The notes: generated by a model from the sequence alone, not told the origin. Shown: positions 13,476 through 27,600, numbered from the whole stretch's first letter. The stretch is 63,523 bases of DNA, filler included, from Lenisia limosa (GCA_001655205.1; 17 parts of 17 records of this genome joined end to end with filler, not necessarily neighbours in it), one strand, 5' to 3'. Made by a program: numbers and translations.

Positions 13476-14756
13476 GTAATCATCCTTTCTGCTTGACATC
13501 CTTTTCAATCCATCCGATTTGTCTGCTTAACATGACCTTTTCAGGCCATCCTGATTGCCACTGTTTTCGGGGTTCTGCTACTAGTTCCCGTGGTGTTTGT
13601 GACAGCTGTGATACGCGAAATGAAGATTTCTAAAGTTTCTCAGGTGGGTGGAAGGATGCATTAGGAGGTCCCCTCCCCGTCCTCCCAAGGAGAGGACCAA
13701 ATGAATTAACCTTTTTGGCGTGTGTGAAGATATGTTTTTTTTTTGCAGAAAGTCTTTATTGAAACTAGGATCATAGAGATCCAGGATAAGCATCACTTCA
13801 ATATCGTTTATAAGCGAGATGGTGTAGACGGCTTCGGCCAGATACATGTTTTATTCCTTGTACCTCTATATAACACCCCTAGGAATTGGACTTCAAACGA
13901 AGGTCAGTCCTGGCTGATACCAGTACGATGGATCTTATCGGTTTTGACGATGGAGGAAGCTAGATTCCTCTTTATGCTATGATGTGCTTGTACTATGCTA
14001 TTCTTGTTTTCTGGTATTTTGTGTATGGTTCTCTCTTCTATGATTTTTTATTTATTATTTCTATTTTCACGAAGCTGTAAATTGTGTAATTGAAAGCAGC
14101 AGGCAATTATATGCGTGGNNNNNNNNNNNNNNNNNNNNNNNNNNNNNNNNNNNNNNNNNNNNNNNNNNNNNNNNNNNNNNNNNNNNNNNNNNNNNNNNNN
14201 NNNNNNNNNNNNNNNNNNNNNNNNNNNNNNNNNNNACAGTATGATATTGGTCAAGAGTATATATTGGACTCCGAAAAAACAAATTTATCCAATATAAAAT
14301 GTAAACTTATCCGTCAAAAGCGCAGACCACGTTCTTAGCTAAACCCCTGGAGCGTCAAATACAAAATTGAATTCTTCAAGCAGGGTTTCATAGCAAAAAA
14401 AGTTCTCAGATATCCAAAACACGCTATTCTTAATTGCGCGTCATATTGAACGTGAATCACGCCACTTTTTTTTTACTTTTTCAAAATCGGTAAGAGTCAT
14501 TATCAGTACAAAATAGAATGCGTAAATCGCTCCGGAAGGCCTATTCTTCACATTAATCTGTTATCCGAGAAAACTTTGCCATGCTTTAACCCCGTAAATT
14601 GTAAACCCCTCTCCCCGATTCCACGGCTTNNNNNNNNNNNNNNNNNNNNNNNNNNNNNNNNNNNNNNNNNNNNNNNNNNNNNNNNNNNNNNNNNNNNNNN
14701 NNNNNNNNNNNNNNNNNNNNNNNNNNNNNNNNNNNNNNNNNNNNNNNNNNNNNNNN

Positions 14757-16371
14757 ATAAGGTTGCCGTAGTCTTGGTCTGATACATTGTTCGGTGCCCC
14801 CTCTGACCATCTATATATTTATAGGGTGAGATGGTATAAATTCATGGAATAATGTATGTAATTTATATAGTGAGAAGGGCTATATATGGTGTTGCTAGCT
14901 ATATATTATTTGGTAAGAAATGCTGAACAATCTAGTATACTACATGATAAATACGATAAGCAGACCCCACGATCAGTATACTATGATACACTTGTGTATT
15001 GCTGAACATTGACTTGGGATTCGTCAGGGAAAAGGGGATTCCCATATAGCATGACATGGGATTTACACAATTCCAATATTCTCTAACAAGTCCCAAGCTC
15101 ACAGATTGGCGTAGCCTTCCCGCATGCCTGCCGACGCAGACCAGTAGAACTGCCCTCTGGTGGTGTACCATTGGCCCTGGGGAAGAATGTTAAGAGTAGG
15201 GCGTCACTATGGTCCGAAAAAAGACTGAATTTCTCGATAATTTCTCAATAACTATCGATATTTTGACGAGGGAAGCCCTAGTTAGGAGAGAAACGATGAA
15301 ACAACAAAGAAGATAGTTTACATGTTTCTCGTATTCTTCGAATGAGGAACTCATTGAAAAGATGAGGGAGGTACTCCCTGCTACGCTAACCTCCCCCCCC
15401 CCCCNNNNNNNNNNNNNNNNNNNNNNNNNNNNNNNNNNNNNNNNNNNNNNNNNNNNNNNNNNNNNNNNNNNNNNNNNNTGAACTAGGACCAGATCGGAAC
15501 CCTAAGTCGGATGTTTGGGCCTTAAGTCGGAATTTCGGCCAAAAATCCGACTTAACATTATTATTGATTTCTTTATTTTGAGAGACGGTAGCAGTTGCTT
15601 CTACAATAGACAAAATAGGTAATATGAAACTTTGCGAAGAGGCATGGGGAGCTTTTAAAGATGAAAAGAGTTCCTCTCCTCAATATCACCCACTGTCTTT
15701 GTAGTATTACAATGTATTCGTTTGCCTAGATACCCCCCCCCATACCTCCCTAAATAGTATATAATGTAAATATATAATGATATAGTATACTACTACATCA
15801 TATATACATACAATGACCGGGTCAGTTTTGACCGATTTGCTCCATGCTTTCCCCCAAAGAAAATCCGGACACTGTATGTGATATTATTTAATATTATATG
15901 ATATTATAGGAAAGTATTTCGGCTCAACCAAATATGGGGTCCATTTTTTATTGAACCAGTAGTTAAAAAAAAAGAAGCTTAAAGTTGTATTTTTAGAACA
16001 GTTTTTGAAAAATACAGGGGTCATCTACGAGTTCAAAAACAAGTGGACCTCATATTTAGACAAGCCATTATTTTTTGTTCAAAAGCAAAACACACCTCCT
16101 CGACTTCGTCTGTCAGCCCGAGCCAGACTCTCTTTGTAGTCCCGTCAACCCCTGTATTGTGAGAAATATTGAGATTGAGAACTGAAAACTAAAAATGAAG
16201 AAATAAGAATGCAAAAAAGGGCAGTGTTAGTTAGCCCCCTGACTATTGAAAAAGAACGGAGATTAAACACAATTGTAAGACACAGGTCAACGAAAGCGAA
16301 ACCTGCAAACCTGCAAAGGTACACAAAAAGTCCAGTTCAGCTTGAGTCTTTGGAATTGGCAAGTATCCACC
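14757..16371 (-). CDS. C-type lectin domain protein, partial (exons 16371-16311, 16151-16096, 15176-15103, 14810-gap)
   Basis: Joined translation GGYLPIPKTQAELDFLCTFA|GVDGTTKRVWLGLTDEVEE|GQWYTTRGQFYWSASAGMREGYAN|LWSEGAPNNVSDQDY matches the CTLD pattern GGxL...WxGL.D...EG.W...Y.NW...PNN. All phases are compatible. Confidence 0.75.
15197..15280. mobile_element. MITE family A copy
   Basis: tagggcg...gaagcccta with a 7/8 TSD (gttaagag/gttaggag). Confidence 0.8.
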
Positions 16372-16854
16372 CTGACGAAATGAACGTTCAACAATGATCC
16401 TTAAATATATAAATTAAAGCCCAACTTTCGGTTCTGAAAAGACTAAATGATCGATGAATTCGCGATAAATAATATCGATATTTTTTACATGTCTGTTGTA
16501 AATTGGGCTCCGTGCAATTAATTATTTCAAAATCTGAAGTCGGACATATTGTAAGGAACCTCATTTCAGCCATTTTTTTTTTATAATTTTGTCAATTAAC
16601 CCAAACAATCAATTGCAGTGACCTACCTTCCCTACCCAATATCACATAATAATATGCAACTCATATCTAAAACAAGGTAATACCTAGCTAACCATCAAGG
16701 TTACAAGAAATCTTGGATTAATCTTTTAAATAAAATGCAAAAACTTTAACACATTTCCACTTACATTGGTAATACACAGATCATTTGAAGCACTGAATGA
16801 AAGTGCTGAACTTGACAATATTCGGTAAGTAACCTGTATGATTATATAAAATTA

Positions 16855-16998
16855 GTAATGGGAAATAAAAAACAAGGTTGTATCTAGCCGAAGCCGTCCA
16901 CACCATCACACTCATAAGGGATATATGATTTTGTGTAATACTAATTCACACAATAATTTGGCTGACAACTCTGTGTACACAGCTTCATGCGTGCCTCC
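16855..16998 (-). repeat. Repeat family S (SINE/HINE-like, ~170 bp, no TIRs)
   Basis: Core ttataagcgtgatggtgtggacggcttcggccagatacaaccttgttttatt. Copies or fragments at ~3025, 5715-5845, 11790-11885, 13805-13860, 18540, 18912-18960, 25905-26012, 42445, 44275-44345, 48315-48372, 52312-52372 and 59885-59936. Confidence 0.8.
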
Positions 16999-19170
16999 CC
17001 AGTAGACAAAATAATCAAAAAATGATGACTCTGTGCAATTAATTTTTTGAAGAAATTAAATGACAAAAATTGAAATTACAGTTTCTGAAAAGGAGTTCCC
17101 ATGACAATAGGTCTCACTTCAAATTTTGCAATTAATTTTTCAATTAATTGCACAGAGCCCTAATAATAATATGATATACTACTAGTTCTGTACTGTACAT
17201 ACATATGTACATACCACCTGTGTATGACGACTTATGATGGTTATTAATTCCAAAGAGAAACCTTCGACCCAACATTTGGATTGCGTAGGTATTGGAGTTG
17301 CTGCTGAAGAGCATCAACGTTCTAAAGTGTTGAATTCATTCACTTCAATTGTGGCATCAATTTCTCGTTTCAAAAAAAAGATTAAATACTCGATACATGG
17401 GGTACTAGGGGGGGGGNNNNNNNNNNNNNNNNNNNNNNNNNNNNNNNNNNNNNNNNNNNNNNNNNNNNNNNNNNNNNNNNNGCGATGCGATTTGCTCTAA
17501 GGAGTTTTGCAGATTAACCGTGGTGCCATTTGCGCTAACTTGAAAGTAAAGGGAGCAAACACTACAATCAAATACTAGAGCTTCACTTTCGGTTCCAAAA
17601 AAAAAGACTAAATTTTTGTCGATAAAATCTCATTAAATATCGAAATACTATTATAGGTCTTTTTGGAACAGAAAAGGAAGTTCTATCATGAAGGCTTCAA
17701 TACGCCCGGCTTATTGACTACCAGGACCACCACCCCTCCAGCTTACTAATGGAAACTCCGCCTTTGGCATTTAGATGCTGGTCCAACTGTGGTGGTCAGA
17801 GGTTGCTTTTGTCAATGGAAACATAAATATATATTGTACTATATACAGTGGTTGGGATAAGTCTTGACCGATTTTCCTTGGGAAATCACATAACAAATCG
17901 GTCTACTATATGTATATATGAGGGCTCCGTTCAATTAATTTTTTGAAGAAATTAATTGACAACATTAGATAAAAACCTACCTAAAAGTCCTGAAACGAAA
18001 AAAAAAAAACAGGAATCCCCCCCAACANNNNNNNNNNNNNNNNNNNNNNNNNNNNNNNNNNNNNNNNNNNNNNNNNNNNNNNNNNNNNNNNNNGAACAGC
18101 ACAGCATAACAGCACCAGCCAGATGGTTCTTCGTGCTAACGTCATCTTCGATCAAATATCAAGTATTGATTGGTGACGTGACATTCGCAAATATTGCTTT
18201 TCGTTGTTGTGTTTTCGTTATCTATTCACGTTTATTCACTTATATGGAACAATCGGAGAATGGAAGAAGAAGAAGGTGGGAAGCAAAAAGTTGGGGGGTG
18301 GGAGTGAGCTAATGATAATCTGGGGGTACCATCTGCCTTATTTTCCCTACCTTGTTTCTTATAACATGTTTTCCAATTTGCATGCAATCTGTTATGATAT
18401 ATATCATTGATATAGCAACGATATAGTGTATAAGTTGTATATTAGTAACTTGTGTCTTGGAGGTAGATATCGATATTGTCTAAGTTGTCTGACCGAAGAC
18501 GTCGATTAGAATAGTATACTAATGCCCCCAATCATTTACCTGACAACTCTGTACATCATACAGCCTTCTGCGTGCCTCTCAAGCATACTCCATTGATACA
18601 TATGTATGTAGATATATTATATTATATACACATATACATTGCATAACATATACACTCATTATCATTCTTCTTTTCTCATGATACCAGAAAAATATGCATA
18701 AAACATGCAAGAAAAGAAAAGGATCGATCACACATCATCCACAATCATATTTACAAGAACTTCTGGGGCACCTTTTTCACAAACCTAAAGCAAATAAATT
18801 AGCTCCAGACAGAAAAAAAAGCGAAATTGCGGCGGATCGTTTGAGGTTGAGCATTTAATGGTGATTTATGAATAAAAAGGAACTACCCTCCCTTACTCAA
18901 CATATAATATGGCAAGGAGAAATAAAAACATAGTTGTATCTAGCCGAAGCCGTCTTTCTCATTTCTCATTGCTATCTATACCCTCCTCTCACTGCATTTT
19001 GGGTCTCTTGGCAGGTCTGATGAATGGTGGCGGCGCCTCCTCCTGTTACGTGAGTTTTGGACAAAAGATANNNNNNNNNNNNNNNNNNNNNNNNNNNNNN
19101 NNNNNNNNNNNNNNTTAATTAATTAANNNNNNNNNNNNNNNNNNNNNNNNNNNNNNNNNNNNNNNNNNNN

Positions 19171-20960
19171 CCGCAGTCGACTCCTCTCCTTCAGTTCTCT
19201 CTCATCTGCGTTCTTCATCTCCTCAATCAGCGCCATTGTGGCCTTCTCATCTTCCTCCTCTTGACGCCGCTTCTCCTCGGCCTCACGCTGCTGGAACTCC
19301 ATTGCCATCTTACGATCTGCTGTGAGTTGTGGCGCGTTGTCACAGTGCTTCTTCACACCTAGGAGGGGGGTGGGGGTAAAATGGAAAAATTTATGAGAAA
19401 AAAAGCCTAAAACGAAGGAAATTTGATGAAGAATATTGGAGTAAAGGAAAATCTGAAGCTCCAAACAAATAAACAAATAAACAAACAAAAAACCCCCACA
19501 AAAACAAGCAAAAACTAACTCAATTACAAAGGATACCTCCCCCCCCCCCAGCTTACATTCTGCNNNNNNNNNNCTGGGGGGAATAAAATTGGAAAATCTA
19601 TTTAACAAAACGAAAAAATCCAAAATCAACTTCCAACACACGTCTGGTGTAAAATTGGGAAATATCAAATAAAAAAGCTAGAATTAACCTAGGGGGGGGG
19701 GGGAAGAANNNNNNNNNNNNNNNNNNNNNNNNNNNNNNNNNNNNNNNNNNNNNNNNNNNNNNNNNNNNNNNNNNNNNNNNNNNNNNNNNNNNNNNNNNNN
19801 NNNNNNNNNNNNNNNNAATGTATGAAACAAAAAACAAAAAATCAACTCCTTGGCCTGTAAGAGTGTGGAATATGAGGAGGCGGGAGGTAGCAAGTTGAGA
19901 TGGAAATCAATGGCATGACAATATAATAGGCAAATCCCAGCTGCTTACTTAAGTTAAGCACGGGGCTGAGTTCCACAGCAAAGTCCAACTTTTCGACAAC
20001 AATGATGGGCTGCTTGAGCCGCCGGACCTTCTTGAGGGCAGTCGGGGTGTCTTCAGCGAAATCTGCGCAAGGGTCAGGATTGGTTAAAATGCATATTGGT
20101 GAATAAAAGAAAAAGTCAAATAGTGCACATTCAGGATGGAATTGGTTGTACGACTATCATGAGCACCAGAAAATAGAACTGAACTGAACTGTTATGAGGT
20201 TTGCTCTTCCATTTTAAAGCGGGGCAATCAATACGTATCTCAGGAAGACAACCACAAAAACACAACACACACAGAGACATCATACATATAGTATAGTATA
20301 TTATAAAAAGAAACAATAGCAGCGACAACAAATACTATGTTGGATTAATCCCCCTCACCTCCAGGATTGGCACCGTTCGATTTGGCGGTGTTCGGGGTGG
20401 CACTTTTGGGAGGGTCTGGAGGAGAGTCCAGAGAAGCTGTTTACGGTTAGTTTTTTGAAAATAAATGCTGCCCCATTGCCAGGTCTCCTGTTGACAGTAT
20501 TTTGAATATTCCCTGCACCCCCCACTGTCAACTATTTCGATGTCCGATTCAGTGTCAGTGATAGCTTCCTCCACAGAAGTTCCAGCAGCAAGCTGAATGG
20601 TTAGTGCCGACTTGCCTAATAAGGAAGGTTATTTGAAAAATCAGAAGGTTTGTCTATGATAGGAGGGTGATGATTACAACGTCTATGGAGGATGGGCTTC
20701 ACTTCGAGTTGAAAATATCGATCGAGAAATTCAGTTTTTTTCCGAACAGTGAAGTCATAATGAATAATGGATAATGGCGGGGGGATATGATTGCACTGAG
20801 AGTGGGGTGTGCTCCAACGTGACGCACTTTGGTATCGAAAGCGAAGTCATCATGCTTTTCAGATTCTGAGTCGGTCTCCTCAATAAGGTAGTTCTGACGC
20901 TGCTTTTTGAACATGTCCGGTTGTTTCACAGATCCTCCTTTCAGACCCTAAAACAGTCAG
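19171..20960 (-). CDS. Multi-exon unknown protein with charged coiled-coil C-terminal part
   Basis: Exons include GLKGGSVKQPDMFKKQRQNYLIEETD, DFAEDTPTALKKVRRLKQPIIVVEKLDFAVELSP and VKKHCDNAPQLTADRKMAMEFQQREAEEKRRQEEEDEK, with canonical acceptors. Confidence 0.5.
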
Positions 20961-21706
20961 TTAGTGGCTCTTTTTTTAAAAATAATACACGAAAAAACCC
21001 TGAGATATTTATAAACAGTTAATCAAACTCGAGAGATAAGAATACAGAAAGCGCGGCTATCTGAAGAGTTCAAAGGGGCATAAAGAAAGCTGTGTGAAGT
21101 AGCATGGCAAGTGGCGGGATAAGGATTGGACTCATATCGATATGTATGGTACTTAGGTTATTAACGCGATGGTTGGGGCGGCTTCAGCCATAAACAACCC
21201 TATACAAATATTGATATGATATGCTATGGTACGATGTGGCACCTTTGCTTCAACAAACAGACAGAGAACTCATGATTTTGGTGGTCTTGTACATATGTAG
21301 GGCTTCACTTCGGTTCAAAAAAGACCAATAAAATATAGATAGTTGTCAACATTTTATCGATAAATTCCTCTACTCAGATGTATCAGAATGGAATTTGGAT
21401 CGTGAAGTATTGTAAACAAACACAAACGGTCAATGTATGATAGAACAGGCTGCGTTTGCTCTGGATCTTATGAATGCTTGTGTATACAAGGGCCAGCTAG
21501 GGTTTCCCTATGGTCCTAAAAAGACCCGTTAAATACCGATATTTATCGTAAATTTATCGAAAAATTTGGTATTGTTTGGGACTGAAGGTAAGGGGTAGCT
21601 GTATATNNNNNNNNNNNNNNNNNNNNNNNNNNNNNNNNNNNNNNNNNNNNTTAATTAATTAANNNNNNNNNNNNNNNNNNNNNNNNNNNNNNNNNNNNNN
21701 NNNNNN

Positions 21707-22457
21707 AAATGACACAAAATTTTGAAGAAATTGACGAAATTGAAAATACGTCTCAATTTTGATTTTTATTAGCCACCAAATTTTGGATATTAAAGTTACA
21801 TTCGGGGGATGCAATGATATAAAANNNNNNNNNNTATCGATATTATACCGGGGTTTTTTTGAACCGAAGTGAGGCCCTAGGTCCAATCAATTGATTGTTT
21901 TAATGGAGCATACGTGTAGGGCTTCCCTACGGTACCAAAAAAGACCAAATTACTCAAGAAATCCCCGATAAATATCAGATATTTAACAGTCTTTTCCGAA
22001 CCGAAGGGAAGCCTTAAAATACGTCTAAATTTCAAAAATCCACATCTCAATTTGTTTTTGAGTTCCTCACATCGCTGTAGANNNNNNNNNNNNNNNNNNN
22101 NNNNNNNNNNNNNNNNNNNNNNNNNNNNNNNNNNNNNNNNNNNNNNNNNNNNNNNNNNNNNNNNNNNNNNNNNNNNNNNNNNNNNNNNNNNNNNNNNNNN
22201 NNNNNNNNNNNNNNNNNNNNNNNNNNNNNNNNNNNNNNNNNATTGCAAGGTGATCTAATAATATGGATATGATAATTATACTCTTTTTATATACTAATAA
22301 GTAGCATTAGCGAATAAGGGGGGTTTTAATCTCTAATCGTTAAACATTAGCCACCAAATTTTGGATATTAAAGTTACATTCGGGGGATGCAATGATATAA
22401 AATGACACAAAATTTTGAAGAAATTGACGAAATTGAAAATACGTCTCAATTTTGATT
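21707..22457. repeat. ~118-bp tandem/satellite unit in circularly permuted copies (21707-21824, 22347-22457)
   Basis: aaatgacacaaaattttgaagaaattgacg... and attagccaccaaattttggatattaaagttacattcggggg occur in swapped order in the two copies. Confidence 0.7.
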
Positions 22458-23642
22458 AATGTTCCGGGAGTCCTAATCTACTGAAATCTAATTCTATTTG
22501 AAGGTATTCTGACTCTTTAGGGCTGTACGATCGTCCCGAATTTCCGCCCTCACGGTAATGCCTAAAAAGGACACCATAATGCCAACTATGTAGCTTAGAT
22601 TGTTTCTGATATGTTTTCTGTTTCTTAACCTTGGGATTAATTTCCTGACAAGGATGTATTTGTACGAGTGTAACGAGGTGTATTTCTTTTTATTAGGACT
22701 TCGTGCGAAATTAATTTAAGTACATATCATAACGAGAACAAAATGTCAGGGACTTTGTTTTCATATTTCCTCAAAAAATTATATTGCATGGAGCCCTATC
22801 TGTACGATTCGCTTTTCTAAAAGTCCTGGCAGCAATTTTATGTTATGGAAGTCCATTTGTCCTGTTTCCCTCCTAGGTCCTCTTCTTCCAAAAGACCAAC
22901 TCATCCTGCCTCAATTTTTTTGGAACTGGTTTATCTAGTTTCTATTTTCCCTGACAGTGGGCAACGCGAGNNNNNNNNNNNNNNNNNNNNNNNNNNNNNN
23001 NNNNNNNNNNNNNNNCGGATTTTAATGGAATTATTCGATATTTGTTGTACGTTAATCCAAACTAATAAAGACCCCACCTTCACTACTCAGCTGTAAACCT
23101 CAGGTTGGTTCAGAGTGCCCTCTCCTGTCCTTTCCCAATTTGAAGGAGTAGGACAATAATACATAACTGATATTACTGAGATAAGAAACAAGAAAAGTAC
23201 CATTAACCGTCACGAATGTCTCGAGGGTTGTTGTTCTGAAGGGTTAGAGTTCAAACGATGATTTGAAAAAAAGAATAACAGCTTGGTTCAAATTTCATAA
23301 AACTGGCCGTTCTAAATGGTGAGGGAATTCAAGTGGAAAATCAACGATAAGAATAACTTGATGAAATAAGTCAATGCGCCATAGAATTGAATTAGAAGAA
23401 AATAAACGATATAGGAATTCAGAATAACAGTTTGGTCGAATTTCATAAAATACATCCTTTCATGGACTGCCAGCAAGTTAGCCCCCCCCCCCCTGTTCAT
23501 CATCATTAACATGCCGACAACTGTGATCAATATATTACATAANNNNNNNNNNNNNNNNNNNNNNNNNNNNNNNNNNNNNNNNNNNNTTAATTAATTAANN
23601 NNNNNNNNNNNNNNNNNNNNNNNNNNNNNNNNNNNNNNNNNN

Positions 23643-24386
23643 ACTTTCTGGAGGGGGGGGGGGGGATGTAAAATTGGAAAATTAATTAATTGGAATGAAA
23701 ATTAACAAACCCCAAATTCTACTCTGATTTAAAAAACGCATTGAACCCATGAGATTTCGATACACACTAATGTATCCGTGCAATTAAGAACTGAATTTCA
23801 AAAACGTGAAGAGTAACCCACTGTATTGGAACTTTGTTTCAAACACTTTTATTTTAAAACTTGTCAAAAAAAAATGTAAAGAGCGATGTACTCATCTGTC
23901 TAATGCCAAAGCAAATTTTCTTCAGAATTTACTATGTGTAACAACAAAACCCTCAGATGATTCATCATTTTGACAGAATTCTTGATGGGGTGTTTGGTTG
24001 TGCGATGAAGAGATTAGCCGAGGAAAAGATTAACATTCGAGAACAGTTCCATGAACATAAACCCAGACAAAACACACACAACGATGCCAACTAGCCCCGC
24101 CCATTTCCCCATAAATGACAAATCAACACAAAACGCAGCCATAACCACACTCAAACAAAAGGATGCCAGCAGGCCGCAGACGGACAGGTCAGGAAAGAGC
24201 ACAATTCCCAACATCATCCTGCTCACCTGTTCCTTGGCCATTTCAATGATCGTGTTGACGCCAAGAGAGCCATCAAGATGCAGATGGAGCTATATCGTGA
24301 ATGATACTAATTAGAATAGGCCCCACCTCTGCCTTGCGCATCTTCTGCACAACGTCAAAAGGAAGAATAACGTTCTCGGTGGTCAT
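23643..24386 (-). CDS. ADA: Adenosine (or adenine) deaminase, 5' part (exons 24386-24327, 24289-24227, 23647-gap)
   Basis: MTTENVILPFDVVQKMRKAE|LHLHLDGSLGVNTIIEMAKEQ contains the KAELHxHLDGS metal-binding motif. Intron 1 is 37 nt. Confidence 0.9.
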
Positions 24387-24625
24387 TGTGAGTCCAAGAA
24401 GAAAATGGGTCCGAAAAAGATCTGGCTGATTGCTGTTTTCCCGTCAAGATAGCTAATGAATTAACACCAAGTCAAAGAATTTTAGTGCAAATGATGACGA
24501 AATCCTCGCGGAAAAAATCTTATAAACAAATCCGGCCGCGGATTATATTAGTGAACCAAGTTTCGACAACACAGGTAATAAACCCTTATATTTAGAATTG
24601 TATTATAACTTGCAATAGTAGCACA

Positions 24626-27600
24626 ATGTTAAAGTGCCCCTTTGAAGGGCTAAACCTTCATTTTCGTCTTTCACAAAAACAAATCGAGAAAGGTAAGACT
24701 ACGATCCGCACCTTTTACCTCTAGATATTAACGTCATTGTTAATGAAATTAAAGCACTGCCCGAAAAGAACCATTACAGCAATGCGGAGGCTCTGCAGAT
24801 CCTAAAAGGCCTCTCTGCCAAACTCCATGATCTTCAAAGCAAGGTTTGCAAAAAGTTTGGTATTTATCCTTGCAATTGCCTTCAGAGCAAAAAACCGTTT
24901 GTATCCCTTAATTTATCTTAACACTTGCACTAAATGGCATTTGAAGCCTTGTCACTTTCATATTCAAATGTGGTTTCGTGGGTATCTGATGCACACACCA
25001 CCTTGCAGCATCACCAACCAATAAATAATATAATAAGTAGTAAAATAATGGCAAATAGATATATTGTTGTAATCTGATGTTTGAGGTACCTGTGTATTGT
25101 GTACCATATACACTAATTCCCTATACTTGTGTGTAATTTGTAACCTTTGTATATGTGTGAATGTTAAAATGGGGCTATACGAGTGCCCTCATGTATAAGT
25201 GTAAACTTTAATGATGACTTTGGTTAAATAATGACCAAATTTCTTGATAAATCCTCAATAATTCTTGATATTCAACTGGTCTTTTTCGGACCCGCATGAA
25301 GTCCAAGCTCATATCGGCTTTAAAATCCCAGCCACTCTTATGAGACCTTCCCTTCGGTCCGAAATCAAGTAAAAACCCCTGATCTTATTAATATCACACC
25401 ATAGCTGGAGAAAGTCAACAACGAAGAGTCTCAATGGCTTCAGCAACTCTCATCCAGGATGGACTTTCTTTCCGAGACCGAACAGGTTACTTTGGGTTTG
25501 GCCTCTAATTTGGACTTTCCTACGTTCTCGAAAAAGACTTCACTTTCTGGTTACATCCTGTATAAATAAAGATATTTAACGGTCTTTTTTGTATCTTAGG
25601 AATTCCTATCTCTAATTAATACTAAACTATTACAGTGTTACATGTGATTGTATGCATACGGCCAGATACTACCATATATGACATGATATGCAGCAAATTG
25701 TTTGAGATCACCCAAAAAAGAAAAAGAGAGAACTCTTTTACTACGTTTTTCAAGAATAACAATACGTGGAATTATATTTCAGTATGCAAAACAAATCTGT
25801 CATTGATTTGCTTCTGATTTTCACAGGATGAAGAAACGAGTTTGGCCATCATGATTGTAAATGAACTTCTCAGAAAAGGTGTGCATTTAATTGTACAAGG
25901 CACTGATAGCTGTTAGCACAGAGTTGCAAGGAAAAATTTGGTGTATTAATAATGTACAGTTCTCCAATATCCCATATATTAAGCGTGATGGTGCGGACGG
26001 CTTCGCCAAATACTCCGTTTTTAGTTCACATCTCAATATGTCACATTTTAGGTTGTTTGAAGACAGCGATGCTAATCGCTCAGGAAAGTGGCGTAGAGGT
26101 GGGTTCATCTTTACAGGTTTTTCTTCAATTCATTCATAGTATATGCATTTACCTTTCAACATTATATGACCAGTCTCTTTATTTTAACTCTCTCACCAGT
26201 TTTCAGACTACGTCACAGCTTTCCAATACTCAATCTGACAATATTTCAAATTTACCTTATTATGACAATATTCTCCAACTAACTCTATGATTAGATGCTT
26301 GTAGACCTCTCAGTGTTCCAAGAGCATGATTACATTCTACAAAGTCTGAGACAGAGGAAAACGGCTGAGTGTCTTGCTTGGGTGAAAAGCCAAAAGTTAG
26401 CTGGGTGAAAACTGAGTATTATGCCCAACTTCCATTAATAATTGGGTGTTAAATCAAAGGAGATACAAGCCAAAGGTATGGGTTTGGAGAAATCATAAAA
26501 AGAACTATGTAACCACTACTAACAGTGTAACTTTAAAACGCTGAGTTTATTTCTTCGTGCATATAATATAAATTGTATCTGTATACTTCAAGTTTGAAGA
26601 ACGTGTGCGCTGACAACAAAATACAATATATGACATTCAAATAATAGAGGTCTACTTTAATAAAACGACTGTATGTCTCGATAATACAACCTTCTATATC
26701 AAATATTATATGGCAGATATCGTATTATTAACTTAGGTCAAGATTGAAGAAAGTGGGATCCTCATTGGAATATGCCTGCAGAGTACAAGTAACTGGGTGG
26801 CACTAGGGCTTCATATTCACCCAATCTTGGATACTTTATACAAAGGGCTTCACTTCGGTTCGAAAAAAACTGAATTTATCAATATATCCTCGAAAACCAT
26901 TGATATTTTGCCGATCTTTTTCAAACCAAAGTGAAGTTCTAATTATGCCGTGAGATGATAGCATCACACGCTTACACCCCCAGGAGTTTGTGGAGTTGTG
27001 TAGAGCTTCAAAGAACGAGGAGGCTTTCGAATACGCACGTCAGTTTCTCACGCCTTTTGCGGTCAGTTTGGTTCTTTGTAAAACTCCATATAATTGATTG
27101 GAATAATAATTGTAAATATAATTATGGTGTTGTGAGTGCACCCACTCTATATACTTACTATCTATACATACACATTACTATCATCACACTGATATTCATA
27201 TCACAAAAATAGGATTATATATCATATTTTGAATTGTTTTTCTGGTATAGGCCTAAACTCCTCCATAGGCTGAAGAAAGTGAGAATCCGGCCGCATTAGG
27301 CCGTCTAATGAGCCTCTTGGTGTTTCCTCCCACAACAAAGGCTGAACCATTTAGAGTGGGCTTCCCATATAATACATTGACTTTAACAATACAATATCTT
27401 ACAAGAGTAAATGACATAATATAGTAATATATGAAATACTAACATATGATGTCATATTACTATTTAGAATAACCGAAAGTCAGGGCAGAAATACTACAAA
27501 ATAATATGTTGTCTTTCATGTGTCTTGTTGAATTGCATTAATCCAAATGTAAAATTTCCCCTAAAAAGTCAAAAGATGTTGACATGCTACATGGCTTTGG

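Noticed and set aside
15310-16826. Plus-strand exon-like pieces (15310-15373, 16780-16826) inside the minus-strand lectin gene, suggesting a nested antisense gene
   Set aside because: They are short, have no recognisable homology and cannot be joined; compatible with chance.
20570-20620. Ras-like P-loop GKSALTIQ
   Set aside because: There is no preceding GxxxVG and no downstream switch or NKxD motifs; probably coincidental.
26341-26400. Apparent frameshift in MAEA
   Set aside because: On recount, AGG AAA ACG GCT GAG is in frame (RKTAECLAW).
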